From NCBI RefSeq assembly GCF_037042905.1, contig NC_087251.1, forward strand, positions 1,116,001 through 1,180,000: DNA of 64,000 nucleotides, written 5' to 3'. Under the pieces are notes generated by a model. It saw only the letters and a program-made list of their open reading frames with translations. It made no database searches and was not told the DNA's origin. Each line of letters starts with the position of its first letter. The first letter of the stretch is position 1. Below are positions 25,301-38,063 of this stretch, one piece after another. Made by a program: the position numbers and the translations under genes. The DNA is from Lytechinus pictus. Lineage: Eukaryota.

Positions 25301-28300
25301 TATATGTATACATAACTCCCCAATAAAAATGCAAGCGCAGCTACAGCTGATACTATTTACAATCAGACCAGCCTAAAAAGGGATATTTTTCAAAAGAAAT
25401 ATGGAATACATGAAGAGATTAGTTACTTGTCAAATCAAATAATGCTAGCGCGCAGCGCGAGCGGAAAATGTTGATATTTAGACCATGAAATTTAGTCATT
25501 TTACACAAAAATATATGAAATCTATTTGTAAATCAAACAAATTGAAAACTCAATGTCTGAGAAATGTTTTATTTATTTACTTCAAAACTTGATATTTTAA
25601 GCTCAATATAAGTCTATTCAGCAAGATATGTATCTCATAGATTAGGCAATGCGATCACAAAGCGTGAGCGAAAATTTAACATAGGGACATGAATTTCCCC
25701 TCCCCCTCATCTCATTTTATTCACTCGTCTTTCTCTTATTTTTCCTTTTCATTTTCTCTTCTCTTTTCCCTTCTTTTTCTTTTTCCTCTCTTTCCATTTT
25801 ATTTATTTTGCTCGTTCCAAAAACGGGGGGGGGGGGGGGGGGGGGGGGCGGCATTTGATATCAAATGCCCCCCCCCCTTTCCAAAAAGTGAGGGGACGCG
25901 TCCCCTGGGATTTCCACCAATGTATGCAATTTGATTTGAAATAAAAGAAAGTCCTATATAGTCTTTGTAGTCGTAAAATGTTTAAAATAGCGTACTTTCA
26001 TGACGAATTACTTTATTCTCGCCTGCTCCCAAATCGGATTTAATAACAAAATCAAGGTTTCTTTTTAAAAAAAACGCACCCCAAACCCCAAATAGCACCC
26101 CTAAATTCATAAAAAATATATGAACGATAATTTTCTTGGAGTATTCGCAAGTTGTCCGAAAATTATCCTGATCGTCCTAGTCCTTGAATTTACCACTCTT
26201 GACGTTGTCCTAAATGTCTCCGGTTCTGTCCTATTATGATCTGCATGCTTTCCGCGCCGAACGCCAACAAATTTATTTAGATAATCTTGTCCTAGGACAG
26301 TCCCAGACATGTCCTACGACAATACACAGAATAGTCCTGGTCGTGTCCTAGGACAAGATCATTTGCATAATCTTTTACGGAATTTGGTTGCGGACAGCAT
26401 GCCGAAATGACAAAAGTTGCTTCCGCAACCCTTCCTGGTCTTGTCCGCGCCCTAGTGGAAAACCGCCTTCAGCTAAACTTGGTACTTTACGTGGGTTTAA
26501 GTATTATTGTCAACATGAATATATAATCACAGCTCTTGTTTGTTTTATTTCATCATTTTAGAATGGAGTAGAGGCTGCATTAGTAGTGGCAGAACATCAT
26601 GGAGAGTTTGAGAGGATCTTAGAGTTATCAAGAAACTTTCCTTGTTTTGTGCTTCCATGCTTAGGTGTCCATCCTGTGCAGGTATGCTCTTTCCTCTCTA
26701 CCCAACCCTTTTTCATATACAATAATTGGTCTGAATATATGCCATTATCATTATGTTTATTGCTGTCTAATTATGTACTTTGCTTTTAATGACACATAAT
26801 ATAGTGATATCAATGGTTATTTGATACATTGTATTGTTAGTTTCTTTATTTTTTATTATGTTATTGGAATACATCCAGACATGTCCCTTATACATGAGCT
26901 CAGCATGAGGCAAAACCATCGTTGGAACCATGAAAAACCTTAATCACCCCAGGCCAGTTATTTAAGTATCTAAACATGCGTTTCTTGACCTCGATGGGTC
27001 AGAAAAGAACTAAAACGCAATTACATTTGCAGTGTGCCGATTCTAGCAAACTCGCTCGCCAGCTCATGCAGTCACTTTTATTTCTCTCTAATAGTTTCCT
27101 TATTTTGGGGCAGATTTTCTTCATTAAAAATTGAAAACAAAATAACATTGGATTTCAAAATACAATATGCCTTTGAAAACCTGATTAAATATCAAATACA
27201 ATAATTTAATTCCGAAAGGCCTACTACAGGCAGAGCTGCTCTTACGTAATATCACAGCTGTTTATGGTCTAACCCTTGGGCTTGCCTAGCTGCGGAGGTG
27301 AAATGTTACATAAGAGGGATTATCAGGCGATACAGGGTGATAGCGCTTGGGAATGAAATATCATGAGGTGGTTTCAGACCGCCTCGAAGTTCGTCAGTTC
27401 CAGGTATTCTCTGATCGGGAAATTTACCCCGATCAGAAAATACCAGGTATTTTGGTAATGTGAAAGCAAACTACGCGTAATTTCCCCGAAAGAAAATACC
27501 CGCTAAATAGTAGGTACTTGGCGAAATTACGAGAACTTTCGCGGGGATTTTTCCAAGGTCGCAGGTATTTTGGCAATGTGAAAGCAATTTACGGGAACTT
27601 TTAGCCCAGCGTGTCGTTGGGCGCGGGCGCCGTGGGTGGCTGCTGGGCTAGTGATTTTGAATCTCGCGCCTTGCCTTCTTATACAGACCATACTGCGCAT
27701 GCTCGTAACTTCAGGAACTTATCCCGAAGGGTATGTTTCGGGGCGGTGTGAATGCAGGAATAATTAATGGGTATTTTTTAGCCTAAAAAAGTTCTCGTAA
27801 ATTAACGGGGATTCTTGTGATCGATCGCGGTTTGAAACCACCTATGGATCCTCTCTTTTTCTGTCTCTCTCCCTATCTCCTTTTACGTTTCTGATCTCCT
27901 TTCATTTCCTCTTACTTTCCTTCTTTACCTTTCTTCTTGCTTCTTTCAATGTTGTCCTTTCTTTCTTCTTTCCTTCCTCGGCTTTTATCTTTCTTTCTTC
28001 CTTTAATTGGCTTCTATCTTTCTTTCTCTTTCTTCCTTTCTTTCTTTATTGCATACACAGCGTAACGATTCCAGCAAACTCTGTGGCTCGCCAGCTCATG
28101 CAATCATTTTTATTCTCTTTAATAGTTTCCTTATTTCAGGACCAATTTTCTTTGTTCAAAATTGAAAACCAATTAACATTGGATTTCTTAAAAATACAAT
28201 ATGCCTTTGAAAACTTAATTAAATATCAAATACAATAATTTCATTCTGAAGTGCCTACTACAGGCAGAGCTGCTCTTACGTAATATTGCAATGCCAAGGA

Positions 28301-31300
28301 CTGCCTGCGGAGGTGAAATTTTACTTAAGAGGGATTAATTTGGTCACGCAGGGTTGAAATAGCTTTGAAAGATAATATCTTGGATCCTCTAACAATGTTT
28401 TATTTGTTAAGGGGGTATAAAATCGCAGTTCAGGGCCTGAACTGCGGTTTTCAGTAAGAAAAGTTTCAGGTTGAACTTTTGAAGAATTATTAAGGATTAA
28501 AAGCTTGAAGATCTTTGAAGTTGCTAATAGATTTCACTGATTCTATATTTGCAGTTTCATCTACTTTTGTATTGACATTATATTTTCTACTTTGCATTTG
28601 AAACAGTTTCATTAACCTTTTGAAATTGATTTTTTCTCAAGAGATCTTTCTTTTAAATTCTGCTATGTAACCTTTACTTGACATACAGGGCTTAAGTCCC
28701 GATACACAAAGAAGTGTAAATGAGAATGACATTGAGGAGGCATTGCTTGCTATTGAGAAATATGCTGATCAGCTGGTAGCAGTTGGGGAGGTGAGTTAGT
28801 GATAAGAATATAAGAACTTTTAGGAAGTAAAACGCCTAGATCAAGTATAAATCTGACTCTCTGTATGCAGGATCTTCCTATAATGATTTTTCTCTGCTTT
28901 TTGCTTCATGTGAAATGATGTAGTTCCCTTATATTATCATGGCTTGAGTAGTTCATGAAGTGAAATAAAAAATGACAAAATGGGAATGTAACATACAAAG
29001 AGTGGATTGAGGAAGACTGAAGAAAATGTAGCAGATTTTGCTCAGCAAAGAATCAATCATCATTGCAGGACTACATCTAATTGATTGAATGATTCTCCAC
29101 TTGAGGTAGTTTTCATAACCTCAACCCAGCCACAAGACATGTGTATGAAATCTAAATGTGATATATACTATTGACACAGATTTCAACTAATTCTATTATT
29201 TTTTGTGTTTTTTTAATGAAAACAAAATGCCCAGGTTCTATTAAAAAAAAAAAATTCTCAAAAGATGCTTCTTTCAATCCACAATAATTCTAATTCCTCA
29301 AAATATTATACTGGCCAGTAATTCTTTTTATGAGGTATCCCTGTAGAGACCCTGTAGTATCATTTTACAGTTTTAAGAAATTGTAATTTACCCTGTATTT
29401 TATTGATTCATAGGTAGGTTTGGATTTCACTCCAAGGATTGCAAAATGTTCTGAAGACAAAGACATTCAGAGACTGGTTCTAACAAAACAGATTCAACTT
29501 GCCAAGAGACTAAATCTACCCCTGTAAGTGAAAAACTTTAAATAAACTATACACAGTTTTGACTTTGACAAAAATGGGTTGAAAAATAATTGAGTCTTTT
29601 GTTTTCTTTATAAGCTGATTTTTTTTTCTTTTACAGTTATTTTATTTGCTAATTTTGTGAACTTATACAACATTGCTAACATCTCCACTTCTACATATTG
29701 CCTTTAATAACTCATGAATGTAATAGTAGGACCTCGTAGTAAAGCTTGATTGTAGAACGATTTTGATTATGTATGAATGAGTTTACTATTAATCACTGTG
29801 ATTTATGTTAGGACTTGTACCCGTGAATATAAAAACTATCTGTAAGTAACGTTCATGAAAACATGTGTAAGCTTGATTATTAGCTAATAGTAATACTGAC
29901 ATGACCATACAGAGAAATCACAATAAAGGCTCTGGTAGTCAATGAATTAAACGTTAAAACAACTTTATTCAATAGAACTCTGCAAATATTGCAATATCTG
30001 GATTTAAGTTAGAACGAAGTGCACATGCGTGAGAGTGATACCATATAAGAAGTTATCACAAATACCATATTTAATTCTTTTATCTTATAGTACTCTTGTA
30101 ATTTTTGTATTTTTTGTTGACAGAAATGTTCATTCTAGATCTGCAGGCAGACCAACTATTGCTTTGCTTCATGAACAAGGTATTTTCTTCTCAATTATTA
30201 TTAGCAGCCTTTTTACACAAAAGATGAAATGAGTTGGAATTCTGTAAGCTATTCTTATTTACCCAAAGGGACATTATATATTTCAACCATATTCTGAGAG
30301 GATTTCAGAAGCTGGGGTCTTTTTGTGAGGTCGCTCACAAAAATGTCAGCAAATGCTTTACTGAAACTTGCAAGGGGTATTTGAAGTGGCAAGATTCCAC
30401 ACATTATTTATAGTTTCTCCTGAGTTCTGGATATCCTCTTCAGCAGTATTGTTTATCTTGAATTCAGACACATATTTATGATAAGGTTGATGATGATCTA
30501 ATTAAATCTGGGGTTTCAAAGTCATGAATGTCCATCATAAAAACTAAAAATGTTAGTTATCTCAATTGTATACTAAATTAAAAAAAAACAGGTTTAAACT
30601 CATTTTGTGTATGCGTGTATGATTGATGACCTGATTAGATCATTAAGAGTTTGAAAATTGTAGAAGTTGAATGTGAAAAATAAATTTCCGATCTGGCAGT
30701 TTGGAGGCACATATTTCACATCAAAGATCTGTTATTAATAACAAAATATTTGGCTTCTTGTTGACATGTCAATTTCTGTAAGGAAATCAAGAAATTTTTA
30801 ATTTTCTTGAGGAAAATGATACCTTCTACACCAAAAGTATAATGATAAGAAATATGTTTGAATGTTTGTTTCATGTATAGAGAATTAATATTAGGCCTAC
30901 AGATTGTTTGAAAATTGAAATTTTAGGAAATATAATTCAGATTTCTGTTTCTTGATGGCAGGTGCTGAGAATGTATTGCTTCACGCATTTGATGGTAAGC
31001 CGTCTGTAGCTATGCTGGGTATACAATATGGCTATTACTTTTCCATACCGCCCTCTATAGTTAGGAGTGGACAAGTAAGTGCATTTTGCTTTTATGCTGT
31101 CTTTGCTTCATAACAGAATGGTTGTTGACATAAACACTAATCAGGTGATGCTTAAAAAAAAGGATAGGACAGTCAAATATGAAAATCATTAAAGAATAGC
31201 AGAGCTAGTTTGGCTAGAATATAATTGATTAATCTACTGTGCTAAAATCTAAAACCAGTACATAAATATCTTTATTGATACAAATATTCTAAATTTTTCA

Positions 31301-34295
31301 ACCTGGAGAGTTATTGTTTTTATACGATTTTAGTTAGTAGGGTCCATGGTGAGATAAAAAAATGGAGTTCAATAATGAAGCATGTGATCACAGGAATGAT
31401 TGATGATTTATATGACCCAATAGACCATAATTATACCAGTAGGTTTTTGTCTCACCTGCGAAGCAGAGTGAGACTATAGGCGTAGCTTTTCCGACGGCGG
31501 CGTCAACACCAAATCTTAACCGAAGGTTAAGTTTTTGAAATGACAGTATAACTTAGAAAGTATATGGACCTAGTTCATGAAACTTGGCCATAAGGTTAAT
31601 CAAGTATTACTGAACATCCTGCCTAAGTTTCAGGTCACATGACCAAGGTCAAAGGTCATTTAGGGTCAATGAACTTAGACCATGTTGGGGGAATCAACAT
31701 CAAAATCTTAACCTAAGGTTAAGTTTTTGAAATGCCATCATAACTTAGAAAGTATATGGACCTAGTTCATGAAACTTGGACATAAGGTTAATCAAGTATT
31801 ACTGAACATCCTGATTGAGTTTCACGTCACATGACCAAGGTCAAAGGTCATTTAGGGTCAATGAACTTTGGCCAAATTGGGGGTATGTGTTGAATTACCA
31901 TCATAACTTTGAAAGTTTATGGATCGGATTCATGAAACTTGGACATAATAGTAATCAAGTATCACTGAACATCCTGTGCGCATTTCAGGTCACATGACCA
32001 ACGTCAAAGGTCAATGAACTTTTGCCATAATGGGGTATCTGTTGAATTACCATCATAACTTCGAAAGTTTATGGATCTGATTGATGAAACTTGGCCATAA
32101 GAGTAATCAAGTATCTTTGAAAATCCGTCCGAGTTCAGGTCACATGACCAAGGTCAAAGGTCATTTAAGGTCAATGAACTTTGGCCATGTTGGGAGTATT
32201 TGTTGAATTACCATCATATCCGTGTAAGTGTATTGGTCTAGTTCATAAAACGTGGACATAAGAGTAACCAAGTATCACTGAACATCTTTTGCGAGTTTCA
32301 GTTCACATGACCAAGGTCAAAGGTCAATGGACTTTGGCCATGTTGGGGGTATCTGTGGCATTACCATCATAACTCTGTAAGTTTATTGGTTTAGTTCATA
32401 AAACATGGACAAAAGAGTCTTCAAGTATCACTGAATATCTCATGCGAGTTTCAGATCACATGACGAAAGTCAAAGGTCATTTAAAGTCATTAAACTTTGG
32501 CCATTTTAGAGGTAATTATTAGATAACTTTCAAAGTCTATAGATATAGTGTATAAAATGTGAATATAGGGGTAATCAAGTATCACAAGTTTTAGGTCACA
32601 TGATCAAGGTCAAATATCAATGAACGTAGTATTGTATCATTATATGAATGGTGTTTTTTGTGAATGATTATTTCATAGTAGTTTTCAAAGTCAGCACTGC
32701 TGCTATATTGAAACGCGTGATGCAGGTGAGATCGCCAGAGGCATTCCACTTGTTATTTGTGTATTATTGTTGTTTGGTCTTACTATTTTGGTATAATTTT
32801 TAACTTCAGAACTGGTTAAAACACTTGCAGATCCAGGGGGGCAAAGCCGGCCCATGACTCCCCCCCCCCCCCCCCCCCCCCCTTTGAGAGGCGCAATTAA
32901 AATTTGTAATGTAAAAATGCCGTGAAACAGAAGTGTGATCCCCCTTTTGGAAGTGAATACCTTTTTTTTTTGCTTGTCAAAAGATTTCCTCGGGAAAATG
33001 TGCCACCCCCCCCTTTGGAAAATCCTAGATCCGCCTCTGGGTTGAAATATTTAGTTTTACTATTTGCTTCCTCTCTTTCCAATTATATCTCCCTCTCCCT
33101 CCCCCCCCCCCTCTTGCTCTCTCAATTGTTCACTGTCTTTCCTTACCCCCCGCCCCCATTTCACTTACTCTCTCAAACACGCATGGACAAGAAGCAAAAG
33201 CTAGTTAAACAGCTCCCTCTTGAGAAGATTCTATTGGAGACAGATTCCCCAGCATTGTCTGCAGAAAAACAAGTAAGTCTCTTTTTCAGTCAAAGTATCA
33301 AGTATTCCATTAAAATACAAATTTTGATGAACCCTCTGAAACAATATTTTACAGTTTTTCAGCGAGCTAGGTGCTTGACCAAAGCAAAACTCAGATAATT
33401 TGTTTCTTTACCGTCTGGATGCGGCTTTTCCAACAGCGGCTGTGGCATAGTCAACATTAAAATCTTAATCGAGATTAAGTTTTGAAATATCATCATATGG
33501 ACCTATTTCATCAACTTGGACATATGGGTTCTCAAGTTTACTGATCAACTTGCATGAGTTTCAGGTCATATGATTAAGGTCAAAGGTCTTTAGTGTCAAT
33601 AAACTTTGACTATGTTGGGGTATCAACATTGAAATCATAGCCAGGATTGTGATTTAAAATTTTTAAAGATAATTTTGCAAATATTAGTCCCTACTCCATA
33701 ATACTTTTGTTTAATGGTTATCATTTATTAGCAAATAGACGAATGTAATTTCAGATTTCTGGGAAAACGTCAAAGGTCATTTGAGGTCAACAAACTTAGG
33801 ATTTTATTGCCAAATGGATGTTTAGGGGTTCCTTCGTTTCTTTTATGGAAAAAATGATTCATCTAAGTTGTTATCAAAGTCAGCACTGCTGCTTCATTTA
33901 ATTGCATAATGTTGGTAAGACTGCCAGAGTCATTCCACTGTCTAAAATATCAGTTATGTTTTGCTCTGATGGGGTTTGAACCTTCGACTTCATTATTTAT
34001 ATTCTACTGATATATCCACTTATCCCCACCATTTCTATGAAGCCCATTTCTTTTGTGAATATTTTGGGTTTTTTTTTATGAAGTAGTATACAGGAAGCGA
34101 TCATGAATATTAATTCTTGATTTTAATTCTTGTTCTTATTTCACTCAGAAACGGAATGAACCCAGTAACATTCATATATCATGTGACTACATCGCGGAGG
34201 TCAAAGGTGTGTCAGTGGAGACAGTTCGGCAAATCACCAGAGAAAATGCCCTTAGACTTTTCCCCAAAATTCAGAAGTTTCTAAAAACAAGATGA
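19368..34295 (+). CDS. TATDN3: TatD-family deoxyribonuclease TATDN3, complete, 9 exons, 275 aa
   Basis: Exons: 19368-19433 ([22 protein letters not shown]), 21245-21277, 26562-26681 (...[10 protein letters not shown]), 28689-28790 (...LVAVGE), 29414-29523 (VGLDFTPR...), 30124-30179 ([12 protein letters not shown]), 30962-31074 ([11 protein letters not shown]...[12 protein letters not shown]), 33192-33272 ([18 protein letters not shown]), 34149-34295 (RNEPSNI...[17 protein letters not shown]). All introns are GT-AG and phases join. TatD metal-ligand motifs DxHxH, GE.GLD, H(SR), H(AF) and ETD are intact. Confidence 0.96.
19822..20540 (+). mobile_element. 5'-truncated CR1-clade LINE (RT C-terminus, 3' UTR, (GAT)n tail) in TATDN3 intron 1
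   Basis: ORF 19889-20416 reads [17 protein letters not shown]...[23 protein letters not shown]...[11 protein letters not shown]...TRGH..KL...WNSLP, followed by a GAT microsatellite tail to 20540. Confidence 0.88.
22680..23038 (-). mobile_element. tRNA-derived SINE
   Basis: Minus-strand A box TGGTGTAGTGG and B box GTTCGATTCC; core-like CTCGACCCAGGTGCAAAATGGGTACC; AT-rich tail. Confidence 0.75.
23744..24723 (+). mobile_element. HINE/DINE-1/Tsp-like element, copy B
   Basis: TTTTT GTCTCACCTGCA..GTGAGAC, long (GGC)n, ~120-bp tandem cores, TGCAGGTGAGAC...CATTCCACTTGTT. Confidence 0.85.
27366..27843. mobile_element. PIF/Harbinger-like MITE
   Basis: TIR AGGTGGTTTCAGACCGC / GCGGTTTGAAACCACCT; 3-bp TSD ATG (27363-27365, 27844-27846). 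Confidence 0.8.
31446..32754 (+). mobile_element. HINE/DINE-1/Tsp-like element, copy C
   Basis: Same termini as copy B, short (GGC)n, more tandem cores. Confidence 0.85.
32822..33039. mobile_element. Short hAT-type MITE (CA..GGCGGATCC family)
   Basis: Termini CACTTGCAGATCCAGG / CCTAGATCCGCCTCTG; flanks GGTTAAAA vs GGTTGAAA (7/8). A near-copy lies at about 35246-35452. Confidence 0.6.
33420..33940 (+). mobile_element. Degenerate HINE copy D
   Basis: Decayed GCGGCTTTTCC start, AAGGTCAAAGGTC cores and CAGCACTGCTGCT...CCAGAGTCATTCCACT end. Confidence 0.6.
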
Positions 34296-37200
34296 CATTT
34301 TGAAGGACTGTAGTTTATTCATTTTAAATTGATGAAATAGGAAAGATTATTTAATGTGGCCATTGTAATATAATTATTAGACCAATTTATGGATATGAAC
34401 TATGCCTAAGCATAAAAAGATTACAAACACTATCAGATGAGACAATGCTTTCAATTTGAAAGCAGAGAGGACATTTTTTTCCCTCAATTATCAACATCAA
34501 GGGAGCTTTCATTTATTTATGTTTATTCTATGTAGAGATTTTCATTATTATTCTTTTAGAACTTGGAGAATGATAATAGTTGATAAGTGTTTAAGAAGTG
34601 TAGTATTCATTGATCCAGTGGTCCATCTTATGGCACTTCAAATTCCACCCAGAGTCAAATTATGGTGTGACTTTCAAATTTGTAATGAAGGAGAGTTCTT
34701 TCCTGAATTCGATAATAGCTTATATTAGAGTTAGTTTGGAAAATCATTACTTGGTCTAGGTCTCTTCCCACTTAATCTTAATCTGACTCCAATTTGTTTG
34801 ATCCAATTTGTCTACAGGAAACCCCATGTAGTAACAAATTTAATCTGATTGCATCTATGTCCTTGATCCATTTGGTCATATTAGGTAGCCATTCGAAAGC
34901 TAGGGTAATGAATATCCAGTATTTAGAAACATCACTTGGGCCAGTATTTACATGTAGTTCTTGAATCTCTGTATTTTACACAATATTCTGCTTAATTATT
35001 ATAACATCTTTTTATTCAATTACTTTATTTGGCTAGGTATTTTGCTTAAATCCAAGTCAGCCCTCTTCCTGGCTAAAGTCTGACTTGTATGCTGTTTACA
35101 AATTCAGTCATTCATTCTGCTTACAGATATACTTTGGGTGATTTCAATACAGTGTTCAGTTTTAGTATAGACACAACTCAAGATTTCAATACTGTACTTG
35201 AAATCACCCTTTGTCCATTATGTGGCTTAGAATTATCGATGACACCACTGGCGGATCCAGGGGAGGGGGGCAAAAACCGGCCCTTGCCCCCCCCCCCCCT
35301 TGAGTCACAAATAAAATTTGTAATGTAAAAAAAAAACAAGTTACCCCCCCCCCCCCCTTTGAAAGTGAAGACCTTTTTTTTTTGGGGGGGGGGGCTTGTC
35401 AAATTTTTCCTCTGGAAAATGTGCCCCCCCCCCCTTTTGGAAAATCCTGGATGTCACAATGGTTATTACAAAGTTTTTTGCTTAAATTTGGCTCGACAAA
35501 GTAAAACATGTAGAAGTAATCTGAATACATGCAGGTGTATAATCATTTTGCTTAGCCAAGTAAAATGCTTAGTAACTTACACTGTAGTCAGTCAGTGCTC
35601 TGAATTTAATATTGGCCTTTGTAGTCTTCCTGCTTAGACCAACTAGTAATAGACCAAATTATAAAGACAAAGAGTGGGAAAACTAAATAAAGAGGCAATT
35701 AGATCAAGAGATGAAATAACCCAAGAGATCATTAGATTACCTGGGTATTGATTAGAGACCAAGCTTCCCCTTCCCCTTGCTATCTTTATCTCTTATTCCT
35801 TCTCCTCAATTTCCTAACCATTCTTCTTCTCTCTATTTCTTCACTATTTCTTTATTTCCTTTTCTATTTCATCTTTCTCATTTTCTTTTCACTCTTTATT
35901 ATCTGTCATCCCCTATTACACATTTTCTTTTCAAGTTTTCTCAAATTCCAAATACTTTTACCCACTCAATCTCCCATGCCAGGTACACTATTGAATTGGG
36001 ATACTTCCTTGAAATCTATCTCTTTCACCTCAACAAGGCATTGTATTTAGATGTCAATTTATAGAAGTCATAGTCCTGATGTAATTTCCAAGTTCCATTC
36101 AAAGTCCAATTCATCAATTTTCTTGTGAACTTATAGCTAAATTAGCACACAATTGACTTACATAATCTTCAAATATATTGAAATACATATTACATGTATT
36201 TTTATTCATAAGCAACAAAAACGAGTAAAACAATCATCAATACAAACCATATCATAATGATAAATTAATATTGCCATGATATTCACTTTTACATGCATAA
36301 TCATGATTCCAAGGTATTATGTATGTAATGATGTAGATTTGCATAGATGGTGTAATCTACTATTACCTGTACATTAGAAACTTGTGCACTTGAGCTGGTA
36401 AGTTCCAAACTCTCACCACAGTAAAATCTTCTGAATGTGTATTTATCAGTATACATGAGTAAAAAGTCTGAGCATGCATGAAAAGAAACAAAACCCCTTT
36501 TCATCACATAATTTCCCACAATATAAACATGAGTTACGTGATTTAAAACAGAATAACATTTAAAAAATTAGTTTTGATTCCACTGTGATTTACATGTACA
36601 TACAGTAGTTGCGGAACTGTATTTCTTTATTGCATTTTTTCCAGCAAGTGGAAAAACAATGAGATTAACACAAAAAAGGTAAAAACCTCAGAAAACCTCA
36701 AAGAAACATGTATAAATAAATGTGTAGTATTAATGATCAATTTTACATAGATGTTATTACATAAGAGAGCTTAAGTTCTACTCAGAATTTTCCCAATACA
36801 TTTCTATTTGTTTTTTAAATGTTGTATCCTTTGTTGCACCACTATACATTAAATGTTTTCATGCAATACCGGGTACACATTTATTGTACTTTCCCCCAAA
36901 TGATCTGAATTGGTAACCATTACTATGATGAGGTAAAAATGTTTACCGGTATACAATGTGTTTGCAAAGTGTATTTACTTTTTCAATTCGCTATTTTAAA
37001 TGGATAACTGTAGTTGATATACAATGTAATATGACGAGATATGACTAGATGTGATATGACAACATAATGATCTAGATATGACTAGATACAACATAATGAC
37101 TTGCCCAAAAGCAATTAGACATTTAGATTTTCCTCTCTTGAATAAAATTTCATTCAACTTCATATTAAAATAAAAATCTTTGTCTCTGTGTGTACATTGC

Positions 37201-38063
37201 TATTCAGAATTATATTGAAAATAGATTTAGCAAGTAACATTAATCTAAATAAGCCAAGAGTGAAAAAAAAAAAATGGGAAGCCAAATACCTGGGTACGAT
37301 TACATGTACATAACAGTAATGCTATCATTTCTGTACCAATTTTTTCTTTCTTTTCATCTCTCACTCACAGTAATTCCATCATTTCTATACCATATTTTTT
37401 TCTTTTTACCTACATAAATACAATTTAGTTCATAAAAATATCAATTACAATGAACAGAGCACGACATTATGCATAGTTTGATTTCGTCATTATTGCATGA
37501 TTCTTATTTTAATATTTCAATAATGATGTCAGTAAAACCATTATTAAATGCACTGCAGCATAACTCATGCACTTTTTCGCACATCTTAGAGAAACACTTA
37601 TACAGCATTTATTGCTCATTTGTCTTTCAAAAGAAACTAGTTGAATGTCTACATGTATACATTTCTTTAAGATTCAATCAAATTTACATGAATGAATATG
37701 CTTTTTTATTATTGCAAATCAATGAGATGCAACGTCTCTTAAATTCAAAATTACTCTAATAAATTTCATCATACTGTATACGATGCTTAGAAACTGAAAG
37801 ATGAAAGTTGCAGGAAATTCATCCTCATACATGTAAGTTCCACTTTTGCACCTTTGTTTTCATCTAGATTGTATAGAACAATATGTACGATTGACTAGAT
37901 GTACATGTAATTTAATGTTCCAAGATGCAAAGAATAGAGATTGTTTATGAGTCGGTCTCCTAGTCAAGACTTGCATGATGGCCAGCATCAAAAGAGTGTT
38001 GACAACTTCATCTTACTCCATCATTGAAAACCTTCCACTCAGAATTCTAGAAAGATGCATCAC

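Larger units (their letters stand above)
21650..26469. mobile_element. PIF/Harbinger-like non-autonomous element expanded by nested insertions (SINE, HINE, others)
   Basis: TIR core TTTTCCACTAGGGC (21655-21668) / GCCCTAGTGGAAAA (26449-26462); GGACA/TGTCC subterminal repeats at both ends; internal palindrome CCAAATTTTGGTC-TC-GACCAAAATTTGG at about 21809-21837. No clear TSD. Confidence 0.55.
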
